Assembly (NCBI RefSeq): GCF_006345805.1
Contig: NC_042998.1
Location: 160,146,001 to 160,210,000, forward strand
DNA from: Octopus sinensis
Lineage: Eukaryota
DNA: 64,000 bases
Direction: 5' to 3'
The position numbers were made by a program, and so were the translations under genes. A model generated the notes under the pieces. The model did no database searches. It was given only the letters and a program-made list of their open reading frames with translations, and was not told the origin of the DNA. Below are positions 26,098 through 39,151 of this stretch, one piece after another; position 1 is the stretch's first letter; each line of letters begins with the position of its first letter.

Positions 26098-27165
26098 TTA
26101 AGCTAAGATTTGAGCTGTAGCAATTGTCAGTAAATATCAAATTCATTGGGTTTCTTTCTTGTTTGCAGCATCAACTCAGCTGTCTTTGGGCTTCATCACC
26201 ATTTAACTTTTTAAATATCTATATTGTAATCTGAAGTTGACTATTCTTTTGATTATTTTTCTATTATTTTTATGGGCTACAGGCAGTGGAGTATGGCTGT
26301 GCTGGGACACTATCATGTTACAGGTGAGATGAAGGCATAAATCATCTGGCCATGTTATACTGTTTTGATTTTATCACCCAAGTACTTTGTAAATGATGGC
26401 CAGTGGATACTTTTCAGTAGCTGATGGCCTTTCTTTTACAGGGTTTATCTAGAAGTGATTGCAGATGTGCAATTAGTTATCCACTGCTTCATCTCTGGCT
26501 TTTTCTCATGGTTTCTTCCAAACTGAAATGATATACCTTTTTGAAAAATGAATGAAGAAGCTCATATTTTTACATATGTTCTATGTTGTTTCTCTTGCTG
26601 TGGGATACCTTATTTTGTTAAAATAAAATTCTTAATGTTATTGCTTTCTTTTAGCGACAACAACTACTATTATTCAAAGAAAAATAAGTAAAGTTTCCTT
26701 CAAGCTAAATGGCATCATAGTTGGAATAGGCTTAAGTTAATTTAAGAATGAAAAACAATAATTACATATGACTTGTGGTGCTACCTGGAGTTTGGCAGTT
26801 TGCTGGAGTATCCAATTATCAATCACGAAGTTGTTTCAAATCCTGCAGTTTCCATGTAAACAGATCAAACTTTACAGGCCACCAAATGCTTTCTGTGGTA
26901 ATAGCTGTAGTTTGTGAGTGTAGCTGTGTCTATGTGTGTGTTGGGGGGGGGGGGTCTGTGTGTGTCATTATAGTTGTTTTCAGCTTTGTTGTCGACAATA
27001 TCTGCTGCAGTCTTATTTAGGAAAGAATTTTTTTATAAGAAATGAAGATGAAAAGACTGATATTTTTTCTCTTTTCACTATCTTCCCAGGCACTTTTTAT
27101 TGTCGTCCACTCTATTAACTTTTACACAAAAAGCTACTACTACTACTACCACCGCCACCACCACC

Positions 27166-27199
<34 letters not shown>

Positions 27200-28084
27200 A
27201 AAAAATGATGTAAGTTTCAATTCATGTTGGTGCAGTCAATATTCCCTTACTCTTGTACACAATAGCCATAACTTACTGGTGTAAAGTATCTATACTAATT
27301 GGCAGTAGCACAATAAAAGTTTTTTGTGTAAGTCAAAGAAAAAAAACAACAAAAACTATCTTCAATAGCAGGTGTAGGATTGATTGTACTGCAAGATCAC
27401 ATAGCCAACTGAACTTCTTCCCCTGTCTTGTTAAGGATCAAAACAGCCCCCTTTAAGCATTTAGTGCAAAGAATGGAGAGAGTAAGAAAGAGAAGTGTTT
27501 CAACGTTTCTTAGACTAACAACAACAACAACAACAAACATTGCAAGTTAAGTTAACAGCCTCTATTTCAGATTCCGTTTCCCTCTCTCTCTCTCTCTCTC
27601 TCTCTTGTAATTACCTGAGCCATGATAGCTACACTGCCATGAGGTTTCACTTCATAGATGCATAGGAACCGCTTTTACTAAATGGTCCCCCCAAAACTCT
27701 TCCTATTAATCACCTCCCATTTTTTTTCCTCTTCCTTCCATGACTTTGCCGTAGGAGGTGGCAGAAGTAAGTTTACTAAGCTATAATGGCCATGTTCTCA
27801 TGCCTGTGATTAGTAATATTAATTCACTCTCGAAGACTGTCCTAATACCTGGTGTTGCATATAAACCTCATTGATACCGCTACTTCACAACTTGCTAATT
27901 CCTGCAGCGACCCTATCTCCTCTCTACTGTTCTTTTTGCTATTTAACTCTTTTTATTACCTTTCTATTCTTCCTATTATCATCTGGCATAATTAAATATT
28001 TTCAGCTCCCAGTATCTAGATACTGTACTTCTATAGTTGTCAGTAAAGTTCTCTCATTAATTTTTCTCTACCTTTGGAAGTGTA

Positions 28085-28740
28085 TACTTGACTTCGTGTG
28101 TGTGTGTGTGTGTGTGTGTACGTGTGCACTTGCAGGTGTATGTGTGCATGTGAGTGTGTGCACGCATACATCTGTGTGTGTGTGTGTGTGTGTGTGTTTT
28201 GGCAGTAGTGTTCTTGTCAATCTGTTCAGCTGTCTCTTTGATTTTCATCTTGTATGGCTTTTGTATGTATACAAACCTATGTATATATATATGTATGTAT
28301 GTGCATGTGTATATACACACGTACACACACAAGCACACTGCCATTATTTTATTATTAGTAGTAGTATAAGTATTATTGTTATGTGCATTTTACAAAGTTA
28401 ATTCTGTTTCAGACTTGACTAGAAATTGAAAGAGACTTAACCCTGAAAAACTCACCAAATATATATGTGTGTGTGTGTATGTATACATTCACACACATAC
28501 ATACATACATACATACGTACGTACATGTATGTATGTATGTATGTGTGTGTGTGTGTGTATATGTAAACACACGCACACATACATACATACATGTATGTAT
28601 GTATGTGTATATGTATTATACATGTATGTATATGTATTATACATATATGTATATATATTATATATGTATGTATATATGTATTACACATACATGTAGGTAT
28701 GTGTATATGTATTATATATATATGTATACATATATTTTTT
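28085..28740. repeat. (TG)n/(CATA)n/(TATG)n microsatellite field
   Basis: Directly visible. Confidence 0.9.
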
Positions 28741-28754
28741 TAAATTTTATTTTA

Positions 28755-29578
28755 TCCAGTTTTAGCTCACAAGCTGTGACCAAGCTGGGGCACTGCCATT
28801 CAGTGTTGCTACATGATTTTACTTCACGAATGCTTTTTAGCAATTGCCATTTGGTGCATGAGAGAGTTTGATGCAGCTGCCCACATCTGCACCGCCTGCC
28901 GTGAAGTCGGTTCATCTGGGACACCTGACAGGAAGAGATCCAGTTTTATTTTAAAGACATCTGCATCCACCCCATGCAGGTCTTTCAGGTCTTTCGGGAG
29001 GATATTGAAGAGCTGTGGACCTCTGAAGCCCAGGCTATCACAGCATCTTGTCCTACATCTTGATGGCAAATTTGGAGTCCTTGGCACTATGCAGTGGCGC
29101 CCAGTTCTGGTATTTGTGTAACTCTCGATGCCAAAGTTTGGGACAAGTCCTTCCAGGATCTTCCAGATGTATATTATGGCATATCTTTCTCACCTACGCT
29201 CTAAGGAATAGAGTCTTTCCCAATAGCTTATATGCTGCACAGAGGCTATCTTCTTCGTGTAGCTTCGTTGGATTGCCTCAAGTTCTGTGATTAATTTGAC
29301 ACTGGATGGTGACCATAGCTGAGAGCAATAGTCAAAGTGGCTTAGGATAAGTGTCCTCCAGAGGACCATCATGGTTTCCTGGTCTCTTGTTCTAAAGGCT
29401 CTAAGAATCCATCCGGTCAGCCGCCTACATTTCATTGCCAATTTAGCAACATGCACATGAAAGGTTGCATCGTTACTCATGTAAGTACCCAGGTCTCGCA
29501 CTGGTTGTGCCTCTGGGATTGCAATCCCTCCAGATCCAGTGTATTTATTGGGTATTGCATTTAGTTTTGCATGCTGAT
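28755..29578 (-). mobile_element. 5'-truncated CR1-clade LINE
   Basis: RDLGTYMS..GWILRAFRTR..DYCSQLWSP..LEAIQRSYTKKI..RGPQLFNILP..VPDEP..AAASNSL; 3' end gcagtgccccagcttggtcacagc..taaaataaaa. Confidence 0.9.
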
Positions 29579-29820
29579 ATGTATATATCTATTTACATAT
29601 ATCTTTTAACGAAGTCATGTCTTGTCCCTACCTTCAAAATGCGGAGTAGATAAAACAGTGGACAACTGATGAAGGGAATGTTCTTTTTGTTGCCCATCTC
29701 GCTTCTCTATTTGTTTCTTTCTTTGTTAAAAAAATGTTCATTTTCCATGCTTTTGATTTTTATGTTCTCGTTTCTCATTTTGTTCATGTTTTTTTGACAT
29801 CCTGTACCCATATATGCGTG

Positions 29821-29854
<34 letters not shown>

Positions 29855-30074
29855 TATATATATATACACATATTTATATATATATATACACATATATATG
29901 TAGGCATGTACATGTATGTGTGTGTATATATGCATATATATATATATATATTATTTATATTATATTATGATTGAACACCATGCATCCATTTCCAAGTAAG
30001 TTATATCTCTCTCTCTATATATATATATATATGTATTTGAATAAATAAATTACCTGATAGATAAATATCATTTA

Positions 30075-30165
30075 TCATACACACTATAAAAATATGGTGA
30101 TTCAAGGATTTCCCCTCACAGCTGTATGCACATCTGTGATGTTTTTCGTATTTGTGCTGGTTGCA
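30075..30165 (-). pseudogene. Short mariner transposase fragment
   Basis: ATSTNTKNITDVHTAVRGNP*ITI aligns by eye with ATSRTEKT..ITIHEL in the 47-kb mariner arm. Confidence 0.5.
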
Positions 30166-31140
30166 CAAATACATAGCTGCCAATATTTTCTTGCTGTGAA
30201 AGCATGTGTGTGGGCAGATCTTTAAAAACAACCCTTGTAACTCCAATCTGTGGGCTCTGAGTGCACTGTGTTCATGGTGCTCAGAGCCCGAAGATAGCTT
30301 GGAGACACAAGGTGTGTTTTTAAAAACCTGCATAGACACATGTTTCCACATCAAAAAAGTATTAGTAGTTCATATCTTTATGATTTTATTCTTTTATGTC
30401 TCTAAGCCTTGTCCTTATGAACAAACAGTCTGGAATATACATATGTACAGCAAATCCATAAATGTAATAGCATGACATTTGACTTCAGTCTTCTCTGCTA
30501 AAAGAATTTTGAGCAAATCTTCAACTACCAAGTTGCACATCTGTGTCTGTCTATATGTAAATGTTAAATCAAGCCATGAAATTTCTTTTTCTTACTTAGC
30601 AATTTTTCATAATGGCCAAAAAGCATGACAAAAAGTTTCCATTAAAAAATTACAATTACCTTCACTTCTTGTAACAAGCTAACAAAAAGGAATTTTCAAA
30701 ATCTTATGCTGATAAGATGCTCTAAGGTATCTAGTTTAAGGATTGCAGTGCTTAAATTGAATGTATGAGTATTTCAATATTTTACTGTTTTAGTCGGTGC
30801 ATCCAGTGTAACAGCATGACAAGAGGCATTTCTATCAAAGGAATGGAATAGAAAGATCAATTAGAAGAAAATCATTGCATACTTAGAACTTTCTTTTCAC
30901 AAGAAATAACAATAAACAAGATAAATATCATTAAAACTTCAAAAATAGTGAGATACAAATTAAAATTTAAGGTAAAACTAAAAAATATCTACATCAATGT
31001 TTTCAGAAAATTCATAAACACCCATTTTTAAGAAGGAGAAGATAAAATTTCCAACACTCGTGAACTAGAAATCTGCCCTGTATCCTTGGACACAAGAGAA
31101 AAACATCTTAAAGATCCTACAGGCTTCCCATACTGTAGCT

Positions 31141-32670
31141 TTAAAAGTAGAGCCTATCTACATCAAAAATTCGGCCAATCAATTTTTTGGTAATGTTGCC
31201 CTTGCTTGTTGCAAACTGATAAAGAATGGTTACAAACATCCCATTCTTAAAAACTTGGATTTCATTTTCATCCTCAGTTCTGTCTTTATTTCCCTGCAGA
31301 GCACTTTCAAGGTTATGTACTGTGTACAAAACACCAGTATAAGGATGTATGACAACTGACTGTTCAGAGGATTCAAGATGGTAGGTTGTTGAAATTCCTG
31401 TCAATGTCAAAGCATTGTGAATGAGATGATCCAAGCCAAATGATTTGATTTTATCTTCCACCTCTGTACTTGGGACTTACAAAACACTGGCTTTGGATAA
31501 GGATTTGACTACACTGTAAAAGAAATTGGCATCATAGATCCATGCTTTTCTGCATGTCACCAAATTAGCTACAGTGCATTTTATTGTACCCCCATACCAT
31601 CCACTGTTAATCCAATGCAATTTTATTGAAAATTTATCTTCAAACTATTGTAAACAGTTAGCAATAATTCTGTTTTTATATTGGCTGTTTGGTCCATCAG
31701 ACCAGATTTGCAGAATGTGTGTATCACTTTGTAATAAAGAAGTTAAAAAGACAAAATCAATATGGCTTCTTTTGAATGTGATAGGTCATTAGAGACAATG
31801 ACTGTTGGGTGGCATTCACCAAGCTTCCATAAAGCTGCACTAAAAACTGCTATCTGTACTTTGTGCCAATGGGTGGACTGAATTTCATCGTGACAGAATG
31901 TTGAGTAGTTCTCTGAAAAATCTATCTGTAACATTGCCAAGTTTGTGTCATTATGAGTTTGTGACTTATGGGAATTGTACATCGAAGCTTACTTTTGTTT
32001 TATATAGTGGTGCAGCAGAAATGGTAGAATATGTTGCTTTAACTCTTCAATGGCTTCCTTCATTGATCCATTAGTTTCCAGCTTTTGAAGTTGCTATTTT
32101 TCCTGATGATGACACCTTTTTCTGCCACTGAAACCATGTAACTTCCTCCTCTAAAGGTTCTGAGTCAAACTTGAAAAGCTTTTCATTCTGGCAAATTGAA
32201 CAAATATTATTCCAACAAAGTTCAATAGTGGGGTTACAAACACGATCAGAAACAAAATCATGTGAATACAATGAAACAGTTTGGTCAACTCTGTGATTGG
32301 CTTCAATCAACATGATGAAGTTTTCATGGGTTTTACATATGAATAATCTCTTTGGTATATCTTTTAATAAAAGGACATGACCTGGTTGAAGTTCAGCAAA
32401 CTTTGCACTACTGATATAATCATTTAGAAACTCTTCTTTGAATAAACTATAAAGTTCATCAATTTTGACATACAGATGTCTCTTCTGACAAATTTCCTTA
32501 TGCCCATTGCTTTGAACCATTATTGTATCTCATTTTCCTGGTGACATTCTTGAGTTATCACCACATTCATAGAATTTCTGAACTTTACTTTTCAAATTCA
32601 AGTTAAGGTTAGGTTGCCCTTCTTTACTTGAACCCACATGAATGTCATCATCTCCTGTCTCTTTTGACAT
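31141..32670 (-). pseudogene. Decayed DDD transposase ORF (~510 codons), probably Sola2 group
   Basis: Motifs in order: KVQKFY..NSRMSPGK*D..QKRHL..LYSLFK..CKTHEN..C..C..WFQW..FLLHHYIK..QIDFSENY..DEIQSTHW..SNDLSH..WSDGPNSQYKN..VDGMG(G)TIK. The Sola2 label is from memory of this motif set; termini not found. Confidence 0.75.
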
Positions 32671-33934
32671 TCTACACTGCTAAGGGGCATTTTAGGCTAA
32701 AATGAGAAAAATTTCTAAATGTGTGAGGATTCCTGTCCTCACATAATTCTTTACTGAAATAGGCAGCTTGATATTGTATTATCATTGTTAACCCTTTCAG
32801 GCATTGGTTTTCAAAATTAATAATAAAATAATGTATTAGTATTTGTATATCAATAATTTTTTTTTTTTAAATTTCTATATTAAAAACATTGTGTCTGAAA
32901 AACAAAAAAATGTAATGTAAACAGTAATGGATTACCTTGATAAAGTGTGAGAATCTCTTACAGAAAAAGTGTGAGAATTTTTTGTCACACTGTTACGTAA
33001 TGCTGTGACACATTTCTTAGTGTTAGGATGAACATTTTTAGAACATCATTGGGACCCATATTTCTCTTTCACAAATGTTTTTTTTACAAGTTTACAATCT
33101 TGAAAGAAATATTCAAAAATCACACTGTAAACAGTGTGATTTTGTAATGATGTGACAACATGACAACTAGTTAAGGAATGAACCTGCCCTTTCAACCTTT
33201 TGGACAAATTCTAAATAATTAATTTACAGTTTACTAAAAGATGACAACCTGAAGTACCAATTCAGGTGAAATTGGTGAATAATGATAAAGCTAGTGAAGT
33301 AAATGGGGCTCTTTTTACAAATGAAAGAGAATAATTTTTGCCAAAATTTTATTAAAAAAAGACAATACTTTGAAGTTAGATTTCTTCCCACCAGCATTCT
33401 GATGAGAAAAATATCATGTAGAATCTAAATCTACAAAGTTTAAGGTTTAAAATGATGTGCTATATGTCGTTTAACTAATGATTATATTTTTGAAAATAAT
33501 TTTGAGATGTTTATGGATTTGTTGCATAGAGACATACATGCATACATACATGTGTGTGTGCATTTCTATTTGCTTGTCTGTCTGTCTCTCTCTGTTCATT
33601 TAAAGGCAGTGCTCCAGAATGACCACAGTCAAATGACATATGTGTATGTGTGTGTATGTATGTATATATATATATATAATTATTATTTGAGGGAATATAA
33701 ATCCAAACTTACAGGGAAAAAATTCAATTTAGAAATACTAAATCAAATTTCACACAATATAATATATAAATAAAAAATTAGAAAAAAACCCCACCTTTTA
33801 TCAATTCAAAATGAACAATTAAATTACACCATCCAGAAAATTACATATATTAGAAATATCAAAATTAAAATAACAAAATTTCAATGATTAAGTAAATTGC
33901 AAAAAAATAATAAAAACGTATATAATTGGTAGAA

Positions 33935-34024
33935 TAACGACACATGTTTCGTGGCTATATTTAAGAAATGATTATAGTAGTAGTAAAATCACTTCGATAT
34001 AAATATAGTCACTCATCAGGTTAA
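33935..34024 (-). ncRNA. Type I hammerhead ribozyme, minimal stem III
   Basis: Minus strand: UAAC-CUGAUGA-GUGACUAUAUUU..AAAUAUAGCCAC-GAAA-CAUGU-GUC^GUUA. Core intact; stem II 11/12 bp plus a further 8/9-bp helix; stem I 4 bp. Confidence 0.8.
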
Positions 34025-34114
34025 AAATAAACTAGAATAATAAAATAAATTAATAAATATACTTTAATATATATATACTTATATATACTTTATATACTAA
34101 TATATACTTTAATA

Positions 34115-34476
34115 TATATTAAATCTATAGATACTACATATGTATATTTATTATATAGTTAGCTTATTTAAGGAGTTTGTCTATATTTGAACCATTTTTT
34201 ATTTTGATTACAATTTAATGACTTGTAATAGCATTGTGTATTTTAATTAATTTTAAAGTTTTTAATAATTTAAGTATGAAAATACTAATTATACATAAGT
34301 GAAACCTAAAACAATACTTAAATTATTAAAAACTTTAAAATTAATTAAAATACACAATGCTATTACAAGTCATTAAATTGTAATCAAAATAAGAAATGGT
34401 TCAAATATAGACAAACTCCTTAAATAAGCTAACCATATAATAAATATACATGTGTAGTATCTATAGATTTAATATA
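34115..34476. repeat. Near-perfect inverted repeat (163-bp arms, 36-nt loop)
   Basis: 34115-34277 vs rc 34314-34476; I found about 3 mismatches. Confidence 0.95.
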
Positions 34477-35599
34477 ACAATCTATAACAAAGTTGACTAA
34501 ATATCAAATAATATAATACCTAATTAACTTAAAATTAATATTACATAATAAATATGCCACCTAATAATTAAATACTATATTGTCTGATGAAATTAATTCT
34601 TAAATAAAATTAAATGTAATACGTTAGATCCCTTTATATATATATATATAATTTATAAATATATATTTATATATATGGCTGTGGCCTTCGGGCTAAAACA
34701 TTTTTAAGGATTTTAAGGATTTATTTTATTTAAAAAAAGCCCACACCAAATAAAGAGATATAAGAATTAATATCTATCGTAACTTATATCTATCAATGTA
34801 TATAAAAAGATATAATGGCGAGAATAATATGTTAATGGAAACTAAGAAAACCCTACAGCCCCAAAATTAAAGAAAGGTGCAAAAATATTAGAACCAATGA
34901 ACAATACACTATGAAGATTTACAATCACAATCACCAGTCCTCTACCAAACCAGTCAAAAACAATAATAATAAGAACGATCAAACTCAAAATAATAACAAG
35001 ATCTAAATAATATTGATAAACAAACTGAGTTACTAAGTTCAACGATTAAGTTAATGTATCTGGATTTTAAATGTATTAATATGTTTTAGCGTCTAATTAA
35101 TATACTCAATACAATTCCATTCATGAATAATACAATCAAAAATTGGAAAAAGTTCAAATATACTCAAATCCATTATAAAAACTAATTATATTAATATCTA
35201 TGTATAATATCTATAGATTAAATATATCACACGATAAAAAAGTTAAACATAAAATTTATATTAAAATAAAAACTAATTTATTTAAAAATAATACTATTAA
35301 ATAAAAATATTATCTAATTATTATAAGAAATATAGTCTAACAAAATTAATTCTCAAATTAAATAATATGTAAGATGTTAAATTCTTATATAATAATTAAA
35401 AGAAAGTTTCGTTATTCTACCAATTATATACGTTTTTATTATTTTTTGCAATTTACTTAATCATTGAAATTTTATTGTTATTTTAATTTTAATATTTCTA
35501 ATATGTGTAATTTTCTGGATGGTGTAATTTAATTGTTCATTTTGAATTGATAAAAGGTGGTTTCTTTTCTAATTTTTTATTTATACATACATACATATA

Positions 35600-35635
<36 letters not shown>

Positions 35636-36944
35636 CAATTAAGTAAACAGACGATGGAACTAGTATAACTTTTTAGTTTGTATGATGATTGTTTCAACCC
35701 ATCCTGCGATTGTCTTTGAAGAGTGGAATGCTGTGCATCATGTCATGTTGCGTCAATCTGGCAGTCTGGGCCACATGAGGTACATTATTACATAAAGTGG
35801 TGTCTCGCTAAAGATCATGAGTTTGGGCAGTCATGTTGTTATTTGCCTGCTTCATTTAGAGAATATATATATATTGCCTACATATATTCATTTATTATTT
35901 TACTGGTTTAAGTCACTGGATTGCAGCCATATCGGTGCATCACCTTCAAAGGTTTTATTTGCGCAGTAGTTTTCAGTCTCCTTCTCTTTCCTCTTCATGT
36001 ATATATATATATGTGTGTGTGCATGTATATATGCATGTTTATATATATACACACACGCACACAGAGGCTCACACACCTGTGCACATAAACATACACATAG
36101 GAAGGTACTATAATCTATAATACTTTCCTCCTTTTCATTATTGTCCTTTCTATTTAAACAAGATCTAAAATGAAACTTGACAGTCTAATAATGTTCTGTT
36201 TTATTACTCACATCTTTAGCATGTTTCTCTTAGTTTATATTGAACTGAAAGTCTATTTGATGCAACTGCCCTAAGGCAAGGCTAAATGCATCAGTTTTGG
36301 CTTTTTCTGTTTTTTACTTTTTGTACATCATCAATCTTTTTTCCCATTTTTTCCTTTTTTTTTTGTTTCATTATCGAAATAAGTTTTTATTTGCGAAGAA
36401 AATAAATCAGGCTTAAGAAATCCTAAACCAAAATCAATCGTATAAATCAATGCATAAAACAGTGGCATGTTTTGTGTTGTGGTGGAGAATGACAAAGATT
36501 TGTGTAAATGAACTTCTCAGAAATTTTGAAAACTTGCTAAGACATATGTCTATGGGTATAAGCAACAGTCTGTATGTATACTACATTGAAACATTGAAGA
36601 GAGGTGTTCAATTGTCCAACCCTTCAGTGTTGCTTTGATGTTGAAAGGGAAATACTATTTTATAACACTGCATGTGACCTCCATTGTGTTTTGTAGCAGC
36701 ATTGAAACATATTCTCAGTAAGGATTTATTTCCAAAGAAATTGTATTTTCTGTTATTAGACGCTGTAGGCATCAATTTGAGACAGTTGGGAGAGACAAGG
36801 CTACTGATATGATTTAAGCCATGTGTCTGTTGCCTGTTAGCCAGTCTTGTAACTATTACAAAGCTTCTGCCATTTTCTTTTCTGAAATTAGGTATTATAA
36901 TTGTGGTTACATGGCAAGCTATAGATTATACATTACTGTCTCAA

Positions 36945-37200
36945 GAAGACCCATCCACCACAGCAGCTGGTATCACATAGAAAACATTCATGCTAGTGAC
37001 ATATTAAAAGCACTGGTGCTGGTGTCACATAAAAAGCACCCAGTACACTCTGTGGAATGGTCAGTGCTAGGAAGGGCATCCAGCTACAGAAACCATGCCA
37101 GAACAGACAATGGAACCTGATGTAGCCCTTGGCTTTACCAGCTCTGGCTGAACCATCTAATCCATGCCAACATGGAAAACGGATGTTAAATGATGATGAT
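36945..37200 (+). mobile_element. RTE-type 3' tail fragment
   Basis: taaaaagcacc..ggaagggcatccagctacagaaa..catggaaaacggatgttaaatgatgatgat. Confidence 0.82.
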
Positions 37201-37224
37201 GCCTTGGGTCCTAAAATTCACTGA

Positions 37225-37445
37225 ATCAGTTACCCAGTTTCCATTGTATATAAGTGCCCAAGATCACCACATTCCTCCTGAACAGGATAACAGTCCATTG
37301 CAGAGTTACTCATTTACATCTGAGTAGACTGGAGCAATGTGAAATTAAGTGTTTTGCTCAAGAACAATGCAGTGTCTTGTTTGGGAATTGAAACTATCAT
37401 TTTGCAATCATGAGTGCAACACTCTAACCACTATGCCAGACACCT
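37225..37445 (-). mobile_element. Decayed tRNA-derived SINE (third family)
   Basis: actcatttacatctgagtagactggagcaatgtgaaattaagtg..gggaattgaaac..ctctaaccactatgcc, related to 47.9 and 53.4 kb. Confidence 0.65.
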
Positions 37446-38088
37446 TCACTTCACAAACTATAAATACCTGGTTCTAATCCTATTACTAGCATCTGTTTCT
37501 CTGTTATCCCTCAAATTGGTGATAATAATATCCATTATGATTATTTACATTAATATCTTATCTGTTACTTCAAAATATTGTAGTCTAGTATGTCACATTT
37601 TTTAGATAGCAGAACAAGTTTAGTTCAAGTTTCCAACTGAGATTAACATTGTTATTATTATTTTATTTTTCATTTCATATTTCTCTAATTTCGTCTGAAG
37701 AAGAGAAGCAGTGCCCCATAGACATTTTTCATCTATTTCCCCTCAGACACTCCCAGACTGTTGAGATTGATGTAATTCATAATTTTAGTGTTTATGTAAT
37801 CAGCTGAAAATGTAATAAATTCTTGGTAGTGAATCAATGACTCAAACTCACTTATTTGAAGTTATTGTTTGTTTAAGATTGGAATCTAGTTGAGAGTTTC
37901 TTTGAGTTCTCTCTTGTGTTCTGCAATCATTTTCTTTCTTTCTTTCTTTTTTTCTCATAAAAGAAGTACATTTTTTATGAAAATTGATTTCATAAACTAG
38001 AATTATGGAAACTTTTGTAATTGATGAATCTGTATAAATCTTAAGGAAGTAGTTCACTCAAAGCTATACTTCACCAGTGGAGACAAAG

Positions 38089-38091
<3 letters not shown>

Positions 38092-38157
<66 letters not shown>
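38092..38157. repeat. Perfect (GA)n microsatellite
   Basis: Directly visible, ~33 units. Confidence 0.99.
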
Positions 38158-38162
<5 letters not shown>

Positions 38163-39151
38163 CCTGCTTATAGTATGTGATGTGAATTTGTGCACAATTA
38201 CTGAGTGGGTGCATTTCCCACTGTTGCAACACTTGTGAGAAGACTATCAGAAAAGTAAAGAATTTCTTCATGTATAACATATTTTGAAAATTCTCTCTTG
38301 CTTCCCATATTGCTTTGAAGTCCCTACTGATTTTGAAGAATCTGTTTACCTGCTACTCCTCAACCAATCTGATTCTGTAAAGAGCATTCATTGCAAAATT
38401 TAAAAAACAACCCCCTAAAAAACAAAAATATAACATTCATTATCTGTCAAGTTTCCACATTCATTCTGCACTACTAAACTTTCCTCTTTGGCCCCTTTGA
38501 CTCACCTCCATTTACACACAATACCCAAGTGTAAACATTTCCATCACTTCACCCCCAACAAATTGACTAATTTTGATAGTATAAAATCTATTACTCTCAG
38601 ACACTGTGCTATGCAGTGAGCTCATATCCTAACATGATTTTAGAATATGTATCCCAACTTATAGAAACATATGAAACTTCATTCCATTTCGAAGAAGGTC
38701 TACTTCTGGCCCTTTAAATTACTGACTCGTTGCACTCACTTTCATATACTTTATCTCTGAGTTATTTTCTTTTCTAAGGAACCATTATAACTTCCACAGA
38801 ACCAGATATATCATAGATTTGCACCCCTATATCATACACTAATGGTCTCTTGAGAAGTTTGACAAAGTTTTGTCATGAGTATCTCCTAGCTAATCCTTTT
38901 ATGTATGATCTTTATCCATCCTTTAGTTGAATGTTTCCTGTTAAACTGCTCCATCCCAATATCATTCATCACCTTATTGTGTCTCACAGCCAATCACCTG
39001 CTGTAAACCTTTTCCTCAGTCCATTCTTCCAACAAATATAACTCTCTAGAACTTGCTCCTTGACTACATTTTTCTCCTACAAGTACAAACTACATTGAAC
39101 CAATGAAAGAGAGAATTAAATTTGTCTGGAGAAATGCAGTAAAGTATTTAA

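Larger units (their letters stand above)
33680..35585. mobile_element. Non-coding AT-rich element with inverted termini and hammerhead ribozyme (Penelope-like/retrozyme-like)
   Basis: 33765-33940 is the reverse complement of 35409-35585; hammerhead at 33935-34024; both flanks are (TA)n microsatellite. Confidence 0.7.

Noticed and set aside
26286-26560. Splice-like signals on both strands (e.g. minus LEETMRKARDEAVDN*)
   Set aside because: Short, unrecognised peptides; such signals arise by chance in AT-rich DNA.
29590-29815. CTGATGAAGGG at 29666 and a possible Penelope terminal fragment
   Set aside because: No stem II partner or downstream GAAA; family not supportable.
30252-30289. 38-nt GC-rich hairpin
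   Set aside because: Too short for a pre-miRNA and no supporting context.
34584-34640. CTGATGA on the + strand as a second hammerhead in the 34-kb element
   Set aside because: GAAA is replaced by GTAA and stem I does not pair; at best a dead remnant.
34675-34705. GCC-TTCG-GGC hairpin followed by AAAAC
   Set aside because: Resembles a hammerhead stem II but lacks the CUGANGA core.
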